From NCBI GenBank assembly GCA_036785375.1, contig JAWMAR010000363.1, forward strand, positions 1,922,001 through 1,986,000: a DNA stretch of 64,000 nucleotides. The letters are read 5' to 3'. Source of the stretch: Leucoraja ocellata. Lineage: Eukaryota. Within the stretch, counting starts at the first letter, position 1; each line of letters opens with the position of its first letter. Shown here one piece after another: positions 25,001 through 34,000 of this stretch. Under the pieces are notes generated by a model. That model was not told the DNA's origin, searched no databases, and saw only the letters and a list, made by a program, of their open reading frames with translations. The position numbers were made by a program, and so were the translations under genes.

Positions 25001-28000
25001 TTTAGTTTAGAGATACAGCATGGAAATAGGCCCTTCGGCCCACCGGAGTCCACGACAACCAGCGGTCCATGCACATTAACACCATCCTACACACACCAGG
25101 AACAATTAACACTTATACCAAAGCCAATTAACCTACAAACCTGTACGTCTTTGGAGTGTGGGTAGAAACCAAAGATCTCGGAGAAAACCCACGGGGAGAA
25201 CGTACAAACTCCGTACAGACAGCACCCATAGTCGGGATCGAACTCAGGTCACTGGAGCTGCAAGAGCTGTAAAGCAGCAACTCTACCGCTGCGCCACCTT
25301 CTATTAAATGTTAAAAGTTTCTGTCTCCACAAATGCTGCCTGGCTTACTGGATGTTTCCAGCATTTTCCTTTTTAATTTCAGATTTCCGGCATCTGCATT
25401 TTCAATGCTTTTTTTAATGCAGCTATGATGATAATGGACATAATATCACTCTTAGTTGTCGACATTCATGTTTCTGTACCGCACCACTAGAATCGACAGT
25501 TTATCATACCACCTACACCTTAGTGTTTCCATGTCATTCTGCTTCCACGCATTTTGACCCAGAGCTAAGGCAGGTATTAATGCCACATAATCCTGCCTGG
25601 CGCCACAGTGAGGTTCTATAGTGCAGTGAAAATCTCCCAATGTCTAACCAAAATGTATTCCTCAACGTTGAAGGTACAAAGAGATAGCCTGTCGCTTGAT
25701 GCAATGCCATCTTAGGGGTTTGCAAAATGACAATGTCAAAAGAAATTAATGTACAAGTAAGAATTTCATTGTTCTGTTTGGGACATATGACAATTACATA
25801 CTCTTGACTCGTGACTCTACTGTGATTCAAACAGACTTTGAAAGGTTCAAACCACCTTTCTTTCTTATGTTTTTCTCATTATTCCACTCATAAAATTCAG
25901 ACTGCATTCGGTGCTTAGGCCATCATGGTTTTGATGTCAAGTCAATTTCTTATTCTTTTTTACTATAGTTGAACAAGCCAGTTAACACAATAACACAGGT
26001 AAATATTATAATAATCAATAATACAACAAATAATCAATAATAATACAATCAATAATCTATAATACAATAAATTAATAACAATAATACGAGGCAACCATAG
26101 TGCAAAATCTAAGTCTGTAGTGCAACCAAATTACAGTGTGATTTTGTCTGCTAAGTTTAGTTTAGTTCAGAGATACAGCATGGAAACGGGCCCATCGGCC
26201 TTCCAAGTCCAATCCAACCTGCACACTAGTACTTTCCTACATACTGGGACCAATTTGAATCAGCCAATTAATCTACAAACATGCATATCTCTGAGGATAT
26301 GGCATGGACATCACACGCCGCAGCACTCGTGAGTAAGGCAAGGCAGCGCCTTTATCACCTCAGGCAATTGAGGAAATTCAGAGTGTCTCCGACGATCCTC
26401 GAGTGCTTCTACTCAGCGGCTGTGGAAAGCATCTTGTCCGGAAATATTACCATCTGGTTTGGGAATTGCTCTGCCCAGGACAAGAAGTCTCTGCAGAGAG
26501 TAGTGCGTTCGGCTGAACGCACTATGGGAACTTCACTCGCCCCCCTGCAGGAACTATACAACAGGAGGTGCAACTCCAGAGCAAATAAAATCATGGGAGA
26601 CCCCTTCCACCCATGCAACGGACTGTTCCAGCTGCTACGGTCAGGCAAACGCCTCCGTTGCCATACGGTGAGAACGGAGAGGTTGAGAGGAGTTTCTTCC
26701 CAGAGGCCATTCGGTCTGTAAACTCCCATCTCACCAGGGACTAACTTTACTACGTTTTTCCTTCCAATATTTAATATGTAAAAGAATATGTGTGTGTTTA
26801 TGATTGTGTTTATAGTTTGTTTGTCTTTTTGCACAAAGTCCGCGAGCATTGCCACTTTCATTTCACTGCACATCTCGTATGTGTATGTGACGAATAAACT
26901 TGACTTGACTTGACTTGATCTCTGGAATGTGAGAGGAAACCGGAGCACCCGGAGAAAACCCACATGGTCACAGGGAGAACGAGCATACGGACAGCTCCCG
27001 TAGGCAGGATCAAACCCAGGTCTTGCTGTACGGCAGCAGCTCTACTGCTGCGCCACTGTGCCACCCTTAATGTCTCATTTAGTTGGTTAATATCCAGTGT
27101 AAATTCATTATGGTTTTTATCTGGGTTGCAGAGGAAGTCCCACTGTCTACCTGTAGGGGCTGTAGTAAACACATTACCGACCCATACATTCTGAGAGTCT
27201 ATCCTGACTTGGAGTGGCATGCAGCCTGTCTCAAGTGTGTGGAGTGTAACCAGAATCTGGACGAGAGCTGTACTTGCTTCATCAAGGAAGGAAAGATATA
27301 CTGCAAGACTGACTATTTCAGGTGAGCAATAACATTTGTCCTATCCTTGCTGCCGTTCATACAGTCTACGTGTATTAAATGCTAGTTAGCATGCCATCTG
27401 CGACACAAGAGAAGTCAAAATCAAATGTAGCCTAAATGGAAATAATGTGAAGATACAAAGAACTGCAGATGATAATTTACAAAGAAAAGATGCAAAGTGC
27501 TGGAGTAACTCAATGGGTCAGGCATCATCACAGAGGGTCAGATAGCATCCCTGTGCCCCACCTGTATTTGCACCTTTTTCTTGCCTTCCTCCTCCATCTA
27601 TATTCCTTTGTCAAGCTTCATACCATATCCTTATTTCATACTTTTTGTCTTTCCATCCCAAATCCAATGAAAATCCACCTTTGCCTGTATCCACCTATCA
27701 CTTTGTCCTGCCCTAGCGTGGCGTGCACAAACAGATGATCAAACAGAACAAGTCGTCTTACAACTTTAGGCTGTGCACACCATACGCAAGAAGAAGAAAC
27801 AGACCATGTGATATTTTGTGCAGCTCGATCTTGTTCATCTGAAACAATTTATCAATGTCCATCATTTCTTGTAAATGTCAATAAGGTCACAGGTTGGGCA
27901 GGCTACGACTTTATTCATTGATGAGCAGAGGTTGAGGGGTGATCTTATAGAGATGTATAAAATAGTGAGGGGAATCAATTGGGTGAATGCAGAGGGTGCA

Positions 28001-31000
28001 TCTAGAACTAGAGTTTAAGGTGAGAAGGGCAAGATTTAATAGGAACCTGCACAGGTGGGTATATGAAATGAGCTGCTAGAGGACATAGTTGAGGTAGACA
28101 GAACAACATTTAAAAGAATGTTGTTATTTATTTAAATAACAACATTTAAAATATATTTGGGTATCTTGGATAATAAAGGCATACGGATAATTAAACGTTA
28201 TTCTCTTATCATGTATCTGTACAATGCAAATGACTCGATTGTAATCATGTATTATCTTTCCACCGGCTGGTTAGCATGCAGCAAAAGCTTTTCACAGCAC
28301 CTCGGTACATGTGGTAATAAACTAAACAGATAGGAAAGATTTAGAGCAATGTGGGCCAAATGCAGGTAAACTAGCTTAGATGGGGCATCTTAGTTGAGCT
28401 GGATCGCAGGACCTGTTTGCATGCTGTATTACTATATGATTCTAACAACTGAACTCTCCTGTGCTGTTCCTTAGCAAATTTTCTGTGAGATGTGCTCAGT
28501 GTCAGGCGGGATTGTCATCTTTAGACCTGGTCCTAAGGGCTGGAGACCTCACCTATCACCAACGATGTTTCTGCTGTGTGGCCTGCAGTCGGCAGCTCAT
28601 GCCTGGAGATGAGTTCACGCTGCGATTTGACGGACCATACTGTATTCAGGACGGTGGGCTTCCAGATTCCAGCTTAAACCACAAGGGTGTTTTCAGTCCT
28701 CTAGCCAACACCAGCAACTTATATCTGTCAGGTCAGTTGATGCTTGTACTCAAATGCTATCATGCAGGTGAACAATAGCCTATCTCTTACATTCCTGGAC
28801 CAGTATCCAAAGATATGCGCTGTCCTTTCAGAATTTAGTTTAGTTTAGAGATACAGCATGGAAACAGGCCCTTAGAGCTGCCAAGTCCATGCCAACCCAT
28901 TCACACATGTCCTATGTTATCTCACTTTCTCATCCACTCCCCAGGGGGCAGTTTGTAGAGGCCAATTAACCTACAAAACCACATGTGTTTGGGATCTGAG
29001 AGGAAACCAGAGCACATGGTGTCGACCTTTATGGTTACAGCGAGAACATGCAAATTCCATACAAACAGCACCTGAGGTCAGGATTGAACCCAGGTGTCTG
29101 GCACTGTGAGGAAGTAGCTCTGCTAGCTGACATGAATACAAGAAGCATGTTAAAATCCAACTATGCCACAGAAGACTTAAAGTCATTAAATAGAATCATA
29201 GTGCTGTATAGCATGAAATCAGGCCCTTTGGCCCAGCTTGGACAGGCTGGGCTATACATTTGCCTACATTTGGTCTCTCTAATCCCATCCTATCCATCTA
29301 TCTACTCAATTATGTCTTGTAGTTGTGTCTGCTTCTGTGGCTTCCTCTGTTAGCTTATTCAAGATCCAGGCCTGAGTGAAAAAGTTGCCCAAAGTCTTCA
29401 AGCACAGGGTTTCCCCATGTTACAAATGACGTGATTTGACCACACAATGAAATGACCACAAAATGTCTCTCATTCACATTTAAAGCATTTTTTCAAGCTA
29501 GAAATATGAATAATAAAATGTTTCATTGTGTTCTTTAATGATTGAATATTGGTATATATTCTTTTTGTTTAATTATGGTTGGTGTTAGGACGATTTTTCA
29601 ATTAAACTGAAGAGTTATAGCAGGTGTATGTGAAGCCATATATGTTACCATAGAAAAATATTGTTTCTGACTTAAAGAGAAAAGGGCTTTTGGATAATAA
29701 TCATAGAATGGTAGCATAAGCTGCGGACTGCCTCTAATGGTGAACATGAAAGCACTAGATTGTCATTAACACCACACCTGTGTCACCAATGTTTTCACGC
29801 AAAACCTGATATTTTTTACCTATTCTGGATTATATGTGTGGAGAATTATCAGTCCTGGTCTTAACAAATGACTGAACGAGCATGAAGAACCACATTCCCT
29901 CAGACCACCAGAAACCTGGATCGTTCTTGACCTCAGATGTTGTCTGTGGTGGAGTTTGCATATTTTCCAGGTGGTCTATTTTCCTTCCAAGGACATGTGG
30001 GTTTGTAGGATTACTTGATCCATTCCTAGAGGTCCAACAGTATTAATAAATCTGCCAATAGAGTCAAACAGCTGGAAACAGGCCCCTCGGCCCAACTCGA
30101 CAGATGGCGCAACGGGCTAAGTGTTCGGCTGGCGACCAGAAGGTAGCCGGTTCGAATCCCGCTTGGAGTGCACACTGTAGTTGTGTCCTTGGGGCAAGAC
30201 ACTTCACCCACCTTTGCCTGTGTGTAAATGTAATGTAATTATGTGAAGCACTTTGGGGTCAATGCAAGTTGACTAAAAATGTGCTATATAAATAAGATTA
30301 TTATTATTATTATTATAACTCGTCCAATGCAGACCAAGGTCTCCATCTAAGCTCATCCCATTTGCCCGCATTTAGTCCATATCCCTCTGATCATTTTGTT
30401 CCCATGTACCTGTCCCAATGGTTTACAATTCTTTTATGTTGAATATTTCTATATCATGGCAGAAAAACTCAAAGCCCACCGATCAGCAGCACATGCTGCA
30501 AAACACTCGGATACGATAACCCGTGTACGGACGGTGCTGAGCGAGCAGCAGTTGCTCACGCTGCGGACATGTTATGCGGCAAACCCGCGGCCAGATGCAC
30601 TCATGAAGCAGCAACTGATAGAGATGACGGGCCTCAACTCGAGGGTCATCAGGGTCTGGTTTCAGAATAAACGGTGCAAGGACAAAAAGAAGAGTGTTTT
30701 GCAGAAACACATAGACCAGCGCGACAGGGACAAAGCAGTAAGTGGATCTTGTCTTAAACTGTGTGCCGTGGAAATTCTTGCATTAATATTCTTTTGATTC
30801 CCTCTACTTTTCTCCTGGCTCAGATGCAGTTCCACAGTCTTCCAGTAGCTAAACCAAGTTTGCAGAAGGATCCAGACCCGAAACGTCACCCATCCTTTCA
30901 ATAGACAATAAACAATAGGTGCAGGAGTAGGCCATTCGGCCCTTCAAGCCAGCACCGCCATTCAATGTGATCATGGTTGATCATCCACAATCGGTACCCC

Positions 31001-34000
31001 GTTCCTGCCTTCTCCCCATATCCCCTGACTCTGCTTTCTTCAAGAGTCCTATCTAGCTCTCTCTTGAAAGTATCCAGAGAACCGGAATTTCTCTCCAGAG
31101 ATTCTGCCTGACTCACTGAGTTAGTCCAGCACGTTATGTCTATCGTTTATTAGTTTAGTTTAGTTTCATTTAGTTTTTTGTAGTTTAGTTTAATTTAGTT
31201 TAGATATACAGGTTCTATGGCCCATTGAGTCCACACTGATGACCGATCACCTGTTCACACCAGTTCTATGTTGTCCCACTTTCTCATCCACTCCCGATAC
31301 AAAGGGGCAATTTACAGAGGCCAATTAGCCTACAAACCCACACATCTTTGGAGTTGTGCGAGGAAATCAGAACACCCTGAGGACGCCCACTTGGTAACAG
31401 GGAGTACGTGCAAACTCCATACAGACAGCACCTGAGGTCAGGATGGAACCCGGGTCTCTGGTGCTGTGAGGCACTGCTCCACAGTGCTGCCCTGTAACCT
31501 TATTTGTTTATCAGATATGCTGTGATAAATCAGGTATTTAGAAACATAGGAGCAGGAGGAGGCCATTCAGCCCTTCGAGCCAGCACCGCTATTCATTGTA
31601 ATCATGGTTGATCGTCCCCAATCAATAACCCGTGAATGCCTTCTCCCCATATCCCTATATTCCACCAGCCCCTAGAGCTCTATCTAACTCTCTCTTTGAT
31701 TGCTGCATCGGCCTCATCAGCCACCCCCAGAACCCACAGAACCAACCTGGAAGCAAGTCATTCCCAAACCTGAGACACTCCCTGATGAGTTGATATTGTT
31801 AACTGAATAGACAAATTGAACATTGTTGGGAGTAATTACAATGGAGCAATTACTTTCCTTCTGCTGTTTCTTAATGGAATGCTTTAAAGCATTTTAAAAT
31901 TAAAAAATAGTTGTTGGCTAACTATTGATCAGCGCAGCCTTGACCTGCAGTTTAAGTAAACTGACGGGCAAATGTCTGGTTGTGATGCCTCCCTGCTGAA
32001 CTGTGGGGCAGCTACAGAACCTAAGAACACTGGAGGATAGAGGAGATGGGGAGGGAGAGGAGGTAGGGAGGGGAGAGTGACTGGGGAGAGGTGAGTGCTC
32101 AGGGAGGGGGAAGAGGGTACTGCAGGGAGAGATGGGGGGTGAGTGGTAGGAAAGGGAGGGGGAGCGGGTAGGAGAAAGGGAGCAGAGAGGAGAGGGTGTG
32201 TGGGAAAGGGAAGGGTTAGGGGAGAAGGAGTATGGAGGGGCCTGTGATGGGAGGGAATGGGAAGGTGAGAGGTTGGAGAGGGAAGAAGGGCTGGGATGGG
32301 GGAGTGGGGTAGGGAGGGGAAAGTGAAAGGAGGAGGGAAGGTGTTAGGGATGGGAAATCTTTAGATTTCCTTAATATCCAGAACTCCCACCCCCTCTGTG
32401 CTGGGAAAAGGTTCTGACTGTCTACATTATCATTGCCTCTCAAAATGTTATATATTTCCATCTGGTCTCTCCTCAACCTCCGGCATTCCAGGGTAAACAA
32501 TCCAAGTCTGTCTAAACTCTCCCTGTAGCTAATCCAGGCATCGTTCTAGTAAACCTCTGAGGTACCCTCTCCAAAATCTCCTCATCCTTCCAGTAATTGG
32601 GCGACGAGAACTCTCTGTAATATTCCAAATGTGGTAAAGCAAAGGTGCAAAGCTGCACAAAGTACGGTCGACTAAATGTGATCGAACCAAAGTCCTACAA
32701 AGCCGCATCATAAGAGACTTCCTGATGCTTACACTCAATGACCTAAACAATGAAGACAAGCATACCATATGTCATTGTTGCCACTTTATTTACTTGTGTT
32801 GCCATTTTCAGATAGTTGTGGACTTGATCCATATCCAAGATCCCTCTGTACATCAATACTGTTAAGGGTCTTGCCAATAGTGTTAAGGGTTGAAGAGGAG
32901 TGAATGATCTTGTGGCCTCCATTCCCTCTAACAGCCCTTAAGAAAATTTGTTAACCACAGCTATCCTTCTGTTGAAAGGCATTCCTATAGTGCTGCAGGA
33001 TCGCAGAATTTTGATCATGAGAATGGCAATGAAAGAATAACGATATGTTTTGAATTTTGATTTGAATTTGATTCCTTTATTGTCATTCAGACCTTTCGGT
33101 CTGAACGAAATTATGTTGCCTGCAGTAATACACAGTAACAATAAATAACAAAACATACAATAAACACAAATTAACATCCACCACAGTGAGTTCACCAAGC
33201 ACCTCCTCACTGTGATGGTGGCAAAAGTCTTAGTCTCTGTCTCTTCCCTCCTTGTTCTCCCTCTGCGCTGAGGCGATCGATCCAGGCCGAAGATGCCGCT
33301 TTCCAGTCCAGCGGACCTCCGTGGTGATGTCGCCGCTGCCGAAAGCCGGAACGCCGTCTCAGCTCCTAGTCGGCCCGCCACAGCCTCAGCTCCGAGTCCC
33401 GCTGCATCAGCTCCAAGTCCCGCAGCCTCAGCTCCGTATCCCGCTGCAACAGCTCCAAGTCCCGCAGCCTCAGCTCCAGGCCGCTGAATCAGCTTTTAGT
33501 CCCGCTGCAACAGCTCCGAGTTCCGCAGCCTCAGCTCCGAGTCCCGCTGCAACAGCTCCGAGTCCCGCAGCCTCAGCTCCGAGTCCCGCTGCAACAGCTC
33601 CGAGTCCCGCAGCCTCAGCTCCGGGCCGCTGCATCAGCTCTGAGTCCCGCTGCAACAACTCCAAGTCCCGCTGCATCAGCTCCGAGTCCCGCAGCCTCAG
33701 CTCCGAGTCCCGCTGCAACAGCTCCGAGTCCCGCTGCCCCAGCTCCGAGTCCCGCAGCCCCAGCCCAATTCTGTCTGTTTTACAAGGCAGGATGATGTGT
33801 GACTTGGAAGGAAACTTGCAGGTTTCCTGTAGGGCAGCACACTGGCACAGCAGTAGAGTTACTGCCTTACAACACTACAGACCTGGGTTTGATCCTGACT
33901 ACTGGTGCTGTCTGTGCGTAGTTTGTATATTCTCTCTATCACCGCATGAGTTTTCTCCCGGTGCTTCAGTTTGTCACACTCCAAAGACGTACAGTTTTGC

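Noticed and set aside
30100-30170. Possible tRNA gene
   Set aside because: It has A and B boxes but continues into a SINE body, tail and TSD.
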